A stretch of 64,000 nt of DNA from an uncultured Chloroflexia bacterium (GTDB taxonomy: Bacteria > Chloroflexota > Anaerolineae > Caldilineales > Caldilineaceae). Shown here piece after piece: positions 1-7,676 of the stretch (position 1 is the first letter of the stretch; every line of letters begins with the position of its first letter). The notes under the pieces were generated by a model that saw only the letters and a list, made by a program, of their open reading frames with translations, searched no databases and was not told where the DNA came from. A program made the position numbers and the translations under genes. Location of the stretch: assembly GCA_963848115.1 (NCBI GenBank), contig CAWKCP010000024.1, positions 281,731 to 345,730 on the forward strand. The letters are read 5' to 3'.

Positions 1-969
1 CCCTTCCTGCTTGCGGTCGACGTAGGTAAGGCCGTGTCGGTCTGCGGCCTCGATGACCATGTCGTCTTTCTCTTCGAGGATGCCGGCCAGAATCATCACG
101 CCGCCTGGCGCCAGCGGCTCGGCCAGGGGCACGTTCCCATACTCGCCGTCAAAAAGGCGCACGAGGATCTCGGCCAGAATGTTGGCCACAACGACCTGAA
201 ACTGACCGGCCATGTCGGCCGGGACGCTTTCATGGCGTAGCACAAAGCCATGCTCGGCACCCACAACAATCTGATTGCGTTCCGCATTCTCCTGGGCAAC
301 GCGTACGGCCAATGAATCGATGTCTGTGGCCAAAATGGGACCCGCACCCAGCTTGTCTGCCACGATGGAGAGTACGCCACTGCCGGTGCCGACGTCGAGC
401 AATGGATCCCCCGGCTGCACCAACTCCTCCAGCGCAACAACGCAGAGTCGTGTGCTCGGGTGCAGACCGGTGCCAAAGGCCATGCCCGGATCCAGTTCGA
501 TGATGATATCGTCGGGGCCGGCCTCGAACTCTTCCCAACTGGGCTTGAGTACCACGTTGCGTCCAACGCGCAGCGGCTTGTAGAACTGCTTCCAGGCGGT
601 GGTCCAGTCCTCTTCGTTGACGATTTTGATCTGGGCTTCGGGAATAGGGTAGAGCAGACTGAGTCGCCAGAGGCCATCTTCAATCAGCTTGCGAATCTCT
701 TCGCCGCGTTTGCCAGGTTTGAGATAGGTCTTGACGACCAACCGTTGGGCAAGTTGAAAGGGATCTTCAACATGAGCCAACGGATCGTCGAGCCGTTCAT
801 CGTCAAACAGCGTGCCTTCGATGACTGCCCCGCCGCCGCCGGCCTCACCCGCCTCGTTATCTTCATCATAGCCGCCGCCGTTGTAGCGATTGAAGAGTTC
901 ACTAACAGCTTCAGCTGCCTCTGTGTCGACAACAACAGAGAGTTCGATGAGTTGGGTTGATTCTGACAT
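1..969 (-). CDS. prmA: Ribosomal protein L11 methyltransferase PrmA (C-terminus runs off the window start)
   Basis: Absent from the ORF track because it has no stop inside the window. My translation of the minus strand from ATG 969 is open to base 1: MSESTQLIELSVVVDTEAAEAVSELFNRY...YKPLRVGRNVVLKPSWEEFEAGPDDIIIELDPGMAFGTGLHPSTRLC...LLDVGTGSGVLSIVADKLGAG...DIDSLAVRVAQENAERN. This is a PrmA-like N-domain plus SAM-methyltransferase motif I. It lies directly downstream of dnaJ. Confidence 0.85.
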   Translation of the reverse strand, partial: MSESTQLIELSVVVDTEAAEAVSELFNRYNGGGYDEDNEAGEAGGGGAVIEGTLFDDERLDDPLAHVEDPFQLAQRLVVKTYLKPGKRGEEIRKLIEDGLWRLSLLYPIPEAQIKIVNEEDWTTAWKQFYKPLRVGRNVVLKPSWEEFEAGPDDIIIELDPGMAFGTGLHPSTRLCVVALEELVQPGDPLLDVGTGSGVLSIVADKLGAGPILATDIDSLAVRVAQENAERNQIVVGAEHGFVLRHESVPADMAGQFQVVVANILAEILVRLFDGEYGNVPLAEPLAPGGVMILAGILEEKDDMVIEAADRHGLTYVDRKQEG

Positions 970-984
970 GGCGAGAACTCCAAG

Positions 985-1066
985 AAGGAAGACCAAAGAT
1001 CGAAGATCGGAAGAGCAGAGTCTACGCGCAACTAAGATCCTTGGTGTCGTTCTTTGATCTTGGTTC
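985..1066. repeat. Imperfect hairpin element built from AAGATCG heptamers
   Basis: The left arm GGAAGACCAAAGATCGAAGATCGG and the right arm AGATCCTTGGTGTCGTTCTTTGATCTTGGTTCC are imperfect complements. The element sits between the dnaJ stop and the prmA start. The 20-mer GACCAAAGATCGAAGATCGG (991-1010) recurs identically at 43716-43735. Confidence 0.6.
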
Positions 1067-1082
1067 CTTGCTCTTTATCTCG

Positions 1083-2210
1083 CTAATCGTTGCCGAATAT
1101 CCGGTCGAAGAAGCCCTTCTGATGCTCGGGCGTATCGTTGCCGAACGACTCAGCCAATTGCCGGAAGAGTTCCTTCTGCTCTGTATTCAGCTTGGATGGC
1201 GTCATCACGCGGACGGTGATGTGCATATCGCCACGGCCGCTGCGTTGGAGGCGGGGAACACCCAGGCCTCGTTTGCGGAAGGTCTTGCCTGTCTGTGTGC
1301 CGGCGGGGATCTCCAAAGTTTCGATTTCGCCGTCGATGGTCGGCACATCTACAACCGCGCCCAAGGCAGCCTGGGCCATGTTGATAGGCAGCTCCATGTG
1401 GATATCAAATGCGTCGCGCACGAAGATAGAGTGCGGCTCCACGGTGACAACGACGTAGAGGTTGCCCGGAGGTCCGCCAAGCTGGCCTGCCTCGCCTTCG
1501 CCGGCCAGACGGATACGCGTTCCTTCATCAACGCCGGGCGGAATCCTGACATTGAGCTTACGGGTGACCCGCGTACGCTTGCGTCCTCTGCATACGGTGC
1601 AGGGCGAGGGAATCAACTCGCCGGTTCCGCCGCAGGTGGGGCAGGGGCTTGATGTGACAACCGTGCCGAAGAGCGGACTCTGCTGACGACGTTGGACCTC
1701 GCCGCTGCCGTTGCAGGTCGAACAGACGACGGGCTCAGTGGGGGGCTCAGCGCCGGAGCCGTCACAATGCTGACAGACTTCCATGCGCGGCACTTCAAGT
1801 TCACGCTCAGCGCCGAACGCCGCCTCTTCAAAGGTGAGGCGCATGTCGGCGCGCAGATCGGCTCCACGACGGGGCTGCCGTCGGGAGCGGGATGAACCGC
1901 CGCCGCCAAACCCGCCGAACAGATCCTCGAAAATGCTGCCGAGATCGCTGAAGCCACCGCTGAAATCGTTGCCAAACCCGCCTGCACCCTCTAGCCCGGC
2001 GTGGCCAAAACGATCATAGGCGGCGCGCTTCTGATCATCATTCAGGACCTGGTAGGCTTCATTGATCTCTTTGAAATTGGCCTCAGCCTCGGGCGCTTTG
2101 TTAACGTCCGGATGGTATTGCTGGGCCAGTCTGCGGAAGGCCCGCTTTATCGTGGCCTTGTCTGCGCTTCTATCGATATCCAGTATTTCGTAGTAATCAC
2201 GCTTGCTCAT
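1083..2210 (-). CDS. dnaJ: Molecular chaperone DnaJ
   Basis: J-domain (MSKRDYYEILDI...QYHPDVNK), a Gly/Phe-rich linker, four CxxCxGxG zinc-finger repeats (CQHCDGSG, CSTCNGSG, CPTCGGTG, CTVCRGRK) and a C-terminal substrate-binding region. 375 aa. Confidence 0.97.
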   Translation of the reverse strand: MSKRDYYEILDIDRSADKATIKRAFRRLAQQYHPDVNKAPEAEANFKEINEAYQVLNDDQKRAAYDRFGHAGLEGAGGFGNDFSGGFSDLGSIFEDLFGGFGGGGSSRSRRQPRRGADLRADMRLTFEEAAFGAERELEVPRMEVCQHCDGSGAEPPTEPVVCSTCNGSGEVQRRQQSPLFGTVVTSSPCPTCGGTGELIPSPCTVCRGRKRTRVTRKLNVRIPPGVDEGTRIRLAGEGEAGQLGGPPGNLYVVVTVEPHSIFVRDAFDIHMELPINMAQAALGAVVDVPTIDGEIETLEIPAGTQTGKTFRKRGLGVPRLQRSGRGDMHITVRVMTPSKLNTEQKELFRQLAESFGNDTPEHQKGFFDRIFGND

Positions 2211-2222
2211 CGAAATCTGTGC

Positions 2223-2414
2223 CTATTCCCAACTAATGATCCACGCACATAGCCCGGCCAAAAGGATCGTGGCCCCGACCAGCGCCGCCCACTGGCCCGG
2301 CAGAAAACCCACATGCCGGGCGCTAAAATAGAGAAGAATCACCATGCCAATCGCCAGCACAAGCCAGTTGGAAAGGACCGGGTATGAATCCCAGAAACGC
2401 TTCAATGATTCCAC
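2223..2414 (-). CDS. Small hypothetical membrane protein (2 predicted TM helices)
   Basis: 63-aa ORF 13 nt upstream of dnaJ on the same strand. Two hydrophobic stretches (LVLAIGMVILLYF, ALVGATILLAGLCAWII). No family recognised. Confidence 0.45.
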   Translation of the reverse strand: MESLKRFWDSYPVLSNWLVLAIGMVILLYFSARHVGFLPGQWAALVGATILLAGLCAWIISWE

Positions 2415-2471
2415 TGTTGTCTCCCTGCACTACTTTCCTGCAGTCTTGATACCGCAGCTATCTGGCGGCGC

Positions 2472-3179
2472 CTATCCGCCATTGGCAAATTCCGCCGCTG
2501 CAGAAGTCTTCAACGCTTTGCGCTCCAACATCTGCAGCCAATAAATGTCGAGTCGGCCATGGAGTCCTTCCAATGTGCCGTCATTTTCGATCACACGATC
2601 TGCTTTTGCGACCTTTTCGGCCTGGGAGGACTGGGCGGCCATGCGTTGGTGCGCTTCCACCTCGTCCATATTGCGAAAATTGATCAAACGTTGAATTTGC
2701 GTCCCCAGCCGTGCTGTCACTACCCAGATTTCGTCACATAGTTTGAGCAAAAGGCCCGATTCCAGCAACTTGATCGCCTCCAGCACAATCACGTCGCTGC
2801 TAGACTGTGACATTTCCCATCGAATCAGCTCAAATGTGGCGGGGTGGACAATCGCTTCTAGCCGTTCCAGCGCTTTGGGATCGGCAAAGACGATGGCCCC
2901 CAGAGCGGCACGGTCGATTGAACCGTCGGTTTTCAGGATTGTCCCGCCAAATTCGTCCACAACCTTCTCGTATGCCGCTCCGTCCGGCAACATCGTGCGG
3001 TGAGCTGTTTTGTCAGCGTCGATCACATGTGCGCCTTTTCCGGCAAGGTATTCAAGCACCGTGCTCTTGCCCGTGGCGATGTTTCCAGTCAATCCGATGA
3101 CGTAAGAGCAATCATCAACGTTCGCAGTCATGGCATCTTCCAGTGATACAGTCTCTCGCAACTGATCGGAGAGGGACAA
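2472..3179 (-). CDS. coaE: Dephospho-CoA kinase
   Basis: P-loop VIGLTGNIATGKST, then HVIDADK and the VHPAT region typical of CoaE. The true start may be the internal Met at 3131. Confidence 0.88.
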   Translation of the reverse strand: MSLSDQLRETVSLEDAMTANVDDCSYVIGLTGNIATGKSTVLEYLAGKGAHVIDADKTAHRTMLPDGAAYEKVVDEFGGTILKTDGSIDRAALGAIVFADPKALERLEAIVHPATFELIRWEMSQSSSDVIVLEAIKLLESGLLLKLCDEIWVVTARLGTQIQRLINFRNMDEVEAHQRMAAQSSQAEKVAKADRVIENDGTLEGLHGRLDIYWLQMLERKALKTSAAAEFANGG

Positions 3180-3370
3180 CTAGGTCTCTCACAGCGCGGT
3201 CGTTGTCAATCAGCGTAGCATTATATCATACGGCGCGTGCGCGACGGAAAAAAATCCGCCGCCATCAGGCGTAAAATGGTCGAGACGGCATCTGCGCTAT
3301 TTATGGTCTTCCTGGTACACTATAGCGAACGATGTTTTTGTCCAAATCAGGAAGAAAGTAGGAGTTGAAA

Positions 3371-4546
3371 ATGACACGGACGTACGACGTCATCATTATC
3401 GGCGGCGGTATCATGGGGTGCAGTACTGCCTTCCAATTGGCTCAACGTGGACTCAACGTGGCGATCTACGAAAAGGACGCCATCGGGGCCGGTCCATCCG
3501 GCCGCTCATCTGCCATCATTCGTCAGCATTATTCCAACCAGTTAACGGCAAGTATGGCGCTGTACAGCCTGGGAGTTTTTCAAGATTTCGAGAAGCGCGT
3601 GGGCGGTGAATGCGGCTTTGTCAAGACCGGTTTCGTTATGCTCGCCTCGGCCAAAGACCAGGAGGGATTGGCCGCCAATGTCGCTATGCAACAGGGCGTA
3701 GGCGTAAAGACGGAACTAATCACGCCGGAAATACTGAAGGAGATCATGCCGAGCCTCGCTACCGACGATCTGGTTGGGGCTGCCTACGAGTCTGAGAGCG
3801 GCTATGCAGACCCCTATCTTACCGTGACATCCTATGCCGCGGCCGCCCGTCGCATGGGCGTGAAGATATACCAGAACACCATGGTCAGGGGGATCAATTT
3901 CGAAGGCGGGAAGGTTGTGGGCATCAACACCGACACCGAGCGTATTGACGCTCCGATCGTACTCAACTGTGCCGGACCATGGGGTGCTCGAGTGGCAAAG
4001 TTGGCCGGCGTAGACGTGCCCATCAATTCGTGCCGTGTCCAGGTTGCGTTCTTCAAGCGGCCCAAGGGCTACGAGGCCGCCCATCCGGTTGTGGCGGATT
4101 TTACCCAGGCGACCTATTTCCGCTCTGAGACCGGCGGGCTCACCCTGGTCGGTCTGATTGACCCGGCAGAGGCCGATGCTGTCGTTGATCCGGATCGCTT
4201 CAACGAAAACACTGACATGGACTTTGTGCTGGATGTGGGCGAACGACTGGTCGAGCGCTTTCCTGCCATGGAAGAGAGTGAGACCGTCAAGGGCTACGCC
4301 TCGCTATACGACATCACGCCGGACTGGCATCCAATCATTGACGAGCTGATTCCGGGCAGCGGTTTCTATATCAGCGCCGGATTCAGCGGCCATGGCTTCA
4401 AGCTTGCCCCAGCCACCGGCGTGATGACAGCCGATCTGGTCACCGGTGCGAGCGATTCCATGTTTGATCCTTCCATGTTCCGCTTGAGCCGTTACGCCGA
4501 ACAGGCCGAAGTTCGCGGCCAATATGAATACAGCATCGCTGGATAG
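3371..4546 (+). CDS. FAD-dependent oxidoreductase (DAO / sarcosine oxidase beta-like family)
   Basis: N-terminal dinucleotide-binding motif YDVIIIGGGIMGCSTAF, with DAO-family length and layout. AGGAG (3360-3364) lies 6 nt before ATG 3371. The ORF track opens at TTG 3365. Confidence 0.9.
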   Translation: MTRTYDVIIIGGGIMGCSTAFQLAQRGLNVAIYEKDAIGAGPSGRSSAIIRQHYSNQLTASMALYSLGVFQDFEKRVGGECGFVKTGFVMLASAKDQEGLAANVAMQQGVGVKTELITPEILKEIMPSLATDDLVGAAYESESGYADPYLTVTSYAAAARRMGVKIYQNTMVRGINFEGGKVVGINTDTERIDAPIVLNCAGPWGARVAKLAGVDVPINSCRVQVAFFKRPKGYEAAHPVVADFTQATYFRSETGGLTLVGLIDPAEADAVVDPDRFNENTDMDFVLDVGERLVERFPAMEESETVKGYASLYDITPDWHPIIDELIPGSGFYISAGFSGHGFKLAPATGVMTADLVTGASDSMFDPSMFRLSRYAEQAEVRGQYEYSIAG

Positions 4547-4558
4547 ATGTGGGGGTAT

Positions 4559-4617
4559 GTGATCGGTGGCGGCTATGACTATCATAGGCGGAAAATGCAA
4601 TCGCAGCCGCCGATCAC
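4559..4617 (+). terminator. Stem-loop 13 nt after the oxidoreductase stop (no U-tract)
   Basis: GTGATCGGTGGCGGCT (4559-4574) pairs with AGCCGCCGATCAC (4605-4617): 13 bp with one bulge and a roughly 30-nt loop. Confidence 0.4.
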
Positions 4618-4734
4618 CTGCCGGTCTCATGCCCCGTCCCTTTCATGTCCGCTAAACCAGTTCAGGCCATCAATGATGCCTGTTCGGCTTCAACGCTCGG
4701 CCCCGATCATAACGTAATGCAGAGTACAATTCTT

Positions 4735-4763
4735 TTGACAAGTCTTGGTTCCTGGCCTATAAT
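4735..4763 (+). promoter_or_regulatory. Consensus sigma-70-type promoter
   Basis: TTGACA (4735-4740), an exact 17-nt spacer, then TATAAT (4758-4763). The next plus-strand gene starts at 5155. Confidence 0.55.
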
Positions 4764-5154
4764 CCCCACGAGTTTATCGTGAGACCGTTTGTGCATGATC
4801 TGTGCCCCCTGGCACTTGAACCGGCAGACTGTGTCTGCTGTCATGCCTGACCGCCTGAGGTGATGTTTGCGAGGTTCTATCGTCATCCCCTTGCGCAGAA
4901 GCACAACAGCGCTGTTGTGACGCTGGTTCCCGGTTGGTGTCCGATATTCCCATCCATCAAGACATATGCCAAGCCGGGGGTTGAGCCCTCGATGCCGTTT
5001 CGTGATGATTGTTTCACAGCGCATTATTCAGCGCACTTGTTCTGCGCTCCCTATCTCAAGACCCGAGCTTGAGATAGCTGTCTACGACTGTACGCGAAGG
5101 TATTTGTCGCATTTATTTTCAAACCAAAGTGCTATATAAGGAGAAAAATCCAAG

Positions 5155-6435
5155 ATGTACAAGCGAGCTATTTTGTTCAGCATGATTCTTGTCTTTGGCC
5201 TGCTTTTGGCTGCATGTGCACCGGCAGCTGCACCGGCTCCCGAGGCCGACACAGCCGCCGAAGCCGACGCCCCAGCCGAAGAAGCCGCCCCCGCCGAAGA
5301 AGGTGAAATGGCAGCGGCAGTCGTCGTTGCTCCGGGTGAGACGATCCGCATCGGCGGTTCCTTCGCCCTGACCGGACCGATTCCGGATCCCGGATTGGAT
5401 ATCCAGAATGCTGCTGAAATTTCAATTGCCGACGTCAATGCTGCCGGCGGCGTGGAAGGTTTCGAGTTTGAACTGGTCGCCGAAGACGGCGCCTGTGACG
5501 GCACCCAGGGCACCGCGGTCGCCAACAAATTTGCTGCCGACGATTCCATCGTCGCGGTCAGCGGCGGCACCTGTTCCGGCGAGACCTTTGGCCTGATTCC
5601 CGTGCTCCAGAAGGCGCGCATCCCGTTTGTGTCGCCCAGCGCCACCAATCCGGATGTGACTTCTGAAGATTGTGATGTCTGCAACCGCGTTGCCTTGAGC
5701 GATGCTGCACAGGGCGCGACCGATGCCGACTACGTCATTAATGATCTGGGCATCGCCACCGCAGCCGTCATGCATGACAATTCGGACTATGGTAAAGGTC
5801 TGGCCGAACTATTCATGGCTTCCTTTGAAGAACTGGGCGGTGAATCCACGGCGTTCGAGGGTGTGCAGGTCGGCGACACTGACTTCCGTGCAGCATTGGC
5901 CAAGATTGCAGCCGATTCACCGGAGATGATCTTCTTCGGCGGCTACGGCACCGAAGCTGCGATCATCGTGCAGCAGATGCTGGAGACCCCGGGTCTGGAA
6001 GACGCTATCTTCATGAGTGATGACGGCGCTTACACCCAGCAGTATCTGGAAACGGCCGGCGATGCGGGCGAAGGCAGCTACGCCTCCTTCATTGCCGGCG
6101 ACGACGTGGCCGACCTGAATGAAGAGTTCGACGCTAAGTACATGGATGCCTACGGCGTGATGCCCGATGACCTTGGCCCGTTCCACGCACAATCCTACGA
6201 CTCAGTGCAGGTTATCGCTGACGCCATCGGCCGTGTGGCCACGGTTGACGGTGATGGAAACCTGGTCATCGAGCGTGAGGCGCTGATCTCCGCCATCCGC
6301 GACACCGAAGGTCTGCAAGGCCTCTCCGGTATGATCACCTGTGACGACATAGGCGAATGTGGCGCAGGCGGTATCCAGATTTTCCAGGTCCAGAACGGCG
6401 AATTTGTCCAGGTCTCAGGCTTCGGTCTGGAATAG
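5155..6435 (+). CDS. Branched-chain amino acid ABC transporter substrate-binding lipoprotein (LivJ/LivK family)
   Basis: Signal plus lipobox (LLLAAC), an Ala/Pro/Glu linker, and a type-I periplasmic binding protein body (IRIGGSFALTGP..., VSGGTCSGET). It is followed by LivH/M/G/F-type genes. GGAG lies upstream of the ATG. Confidence 0.92.
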   Translation: MYKRAILFSMILVFGLLLAACAPAAAPAPEADTAAEADAPAEEAAPAEEGEMAAAVVVAPGETIRIGGSFALTGPIPDPGLDIQNAAEISIADVNAAGGVEGFEFELVAEDGACDGTQGTAVANKFAADDSIVAVSGGTCSGETFGLIPVLQKARIPFVSPSATNPDVTSEDCDVCNRVALSDAAQGATDADYVINDLGIATAAVMHDNSDYGKGLAELFMASFEELGGESTAFEGVQVGDTDFRAALAKIAADSPEMIFFGGYGTEAAIIVQQMLETPGLEDAIFMSDDGAYTQQYLETAGDAGEGSYASFIAGDDVADLNEEFDAKYMDAYGVMPDDLGPFHAQSYDSVQVIADAIGRVATVDGDGNLVIEREALISAIRDTEGLQGLSGMITCDDIGECGAGGIQIFQVQNGEFVQVSGFGLE

Positions 6436-6461
6436 GTATTGGGTTAGCGAGCGACAATCAG

Positions 6462-6500
6462 AATGGGGCGGAGCATTGCTCCGCCCCATTCATTTATTTA
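6462..6500 (+). terminator. Intrinsic terminator / attenuator after the binding-protein gene
   Basis: AATGGGGCGGAGC-ATT-GCTCCGCCCCATT (6462-6490) forms a 13-bp stem, followed by the T-rich CATTTATTTA. Confidence 0.7.
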
Positions 6501-6602
6501 TGAGCCTGATGTCTGTGCCGTTGTCTGTCACGCATGACGAAATTACGCAGTACGAATTAGGCAGTTCGGTCTTCGCATTCTCATATTCCGATTCGAGCAA
6601 TT

Positions 6603-7676
6603 ATGACAACAAAAACAGCCTCGCTTGGTCCAAGTAACGCCAAGCGACAATCATCCTCGACGTGGGGATTGCGCATACTGGGGATCGTCATCTTGGCGCT
6701 CATCATCTGGCGTGTCGTCACGGTCGGTATGGCCGAGCAGTATCCCTTGTCGTTCTGGATATCCCAGTTGATCAACGGGTTGGTTTTGGGCGGTGTCTAC
6801 GCACTGGTCGCTCTGGGCTACACATTGATCTACGGCATCCTCTTCATGATCAACTTTGCCCACGGTGAGGTGATGATGATCGGCGGTGTTGCCGGCTTCT
6901 TTGCCTTGCAAGCGGCAACCAAGTTTGGATGGATGGAAGGGCCTGCGGCTGTCGTCGTTATGGGTCTGCTCTTTGTCATGGCCATCGGCATGTTGGGTTC
7001 GGTGCTGACAGGTGTGACATTGGAGCGCCTGGCCTATCGACCGTTGCGCCATGCGCCACGCCTTGTACCGTTGATCAGTGCCATCGGCGCGTCGCTGTTC
7101 ATCCAATACTCCGTGCTACTGATCTTTGGCGTCGCCCCGTTGAGCTATCGCAAGCCCGACCTGATCTCCGGCGGTATGCGAATCGGTGACGTTTTCATAC
7201 CGACGACTGGTATGATCATCTTCGTCACTTCGATCGCGCTGATGGTTACGCTCTATCTGATTATTCAGAAGACGAGGCTCGGAACTGCCATGCGAGCCGT
7301 TGCCGAGGACAAGGATACGTCAGCCTTAATGGGCATTGACGTAAACCAGGTGATCGTCTTCACCTTCATCCTCAGCGCTGCATTGGCAGGCGCCGCCGGT
7401 GTCATGCTCGGCTTCCACAATACGGTGATGAAGTTCAATAGCGGCTTCATCCCAGGCATGAAGGCCTTTACCGCAGCCGTTCTTGGCGGTATCGGCAACA
7501 TCCCCGGCGCCATGCTTGGTTCACTGGTGCTGGGCATCATCGAAGCCGTTGGGCCCAGTGCGCTTGGAATCCCAACGCAGTACAAGGATATTATTGCCTT
7601 TTCGGTGCTTGTGCTCATCCTGGTCTTCCGCCCAACGGGTCTCATGGGCGAAGTGCTAAGCGATAAGAAGGCATAG
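6603..7676 (+). CDS. livH: Branched-chain amino acid ABC transporter permease (LivH type)
   Basis: LINGLVLGGVYALVALGYTLIYG...NFAHGE motif in a multi-TM body. About 42 extra N-terminal residues include one TM. An alternative start is ATG 6729. Confidence 0.9.
   Translation: MTTKTASLGPSNAKRQSSSTWGLRILGIVILALIIWRVVTVGMAEQYPLSFWISQLINGLVLGGVYALVALGYTLIYGILFMINFAHGEVMMIGGVAGFFALQAATKFGWMEGPAAVVVMGLLFVMAIGMLGSVLTGVTLERLAYRPLRHAPRLVPLISAIGASLFIQYSVLLIFGVAPLSYRKPDLISGGMRIGDVFIPTTGMIIFVTSIALMVTLYLIIQKTRLGTAMRAVAEDKDTSALMGIDVNQVIVFTFILSAALAGAAGVMLGFHNTVMKFNSGFIPGMKAFTAAVLGGIGNIPGAMLGSLVLGIIEAVGPSALGIPTQYKDIIAFSVLVLILVFRPTGLMGEVLSDKKA

Noticed and set aside
4707-5072. ORFs 4707-5024 (minus strand) and 4860-5072 (plus strand) inside the liv leader region.
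   Set aside because: No RBS, odd composition (Cys/His/Arg-rich) and no family resemblance. The region is better explained as structured RNA.
4764-5154. Known riboswitch, T-box, 6S, tmRNA, RNase P or SRP identity for the liv leader.
   Set aside because: I compared it by eye with the T-box (GGUGGUACCGCG), TPP (CUGAGA...ACCC..GAACCUGAUC), ZTP (CCGCCUGGGC), SAM, cobalamin and c-di-GMP consensus cores. Only short, mis-ordered partial matches appear (CTTGAACC, CCGCCTGAG). No tRNA-like or RNase P conserved blocks are present.
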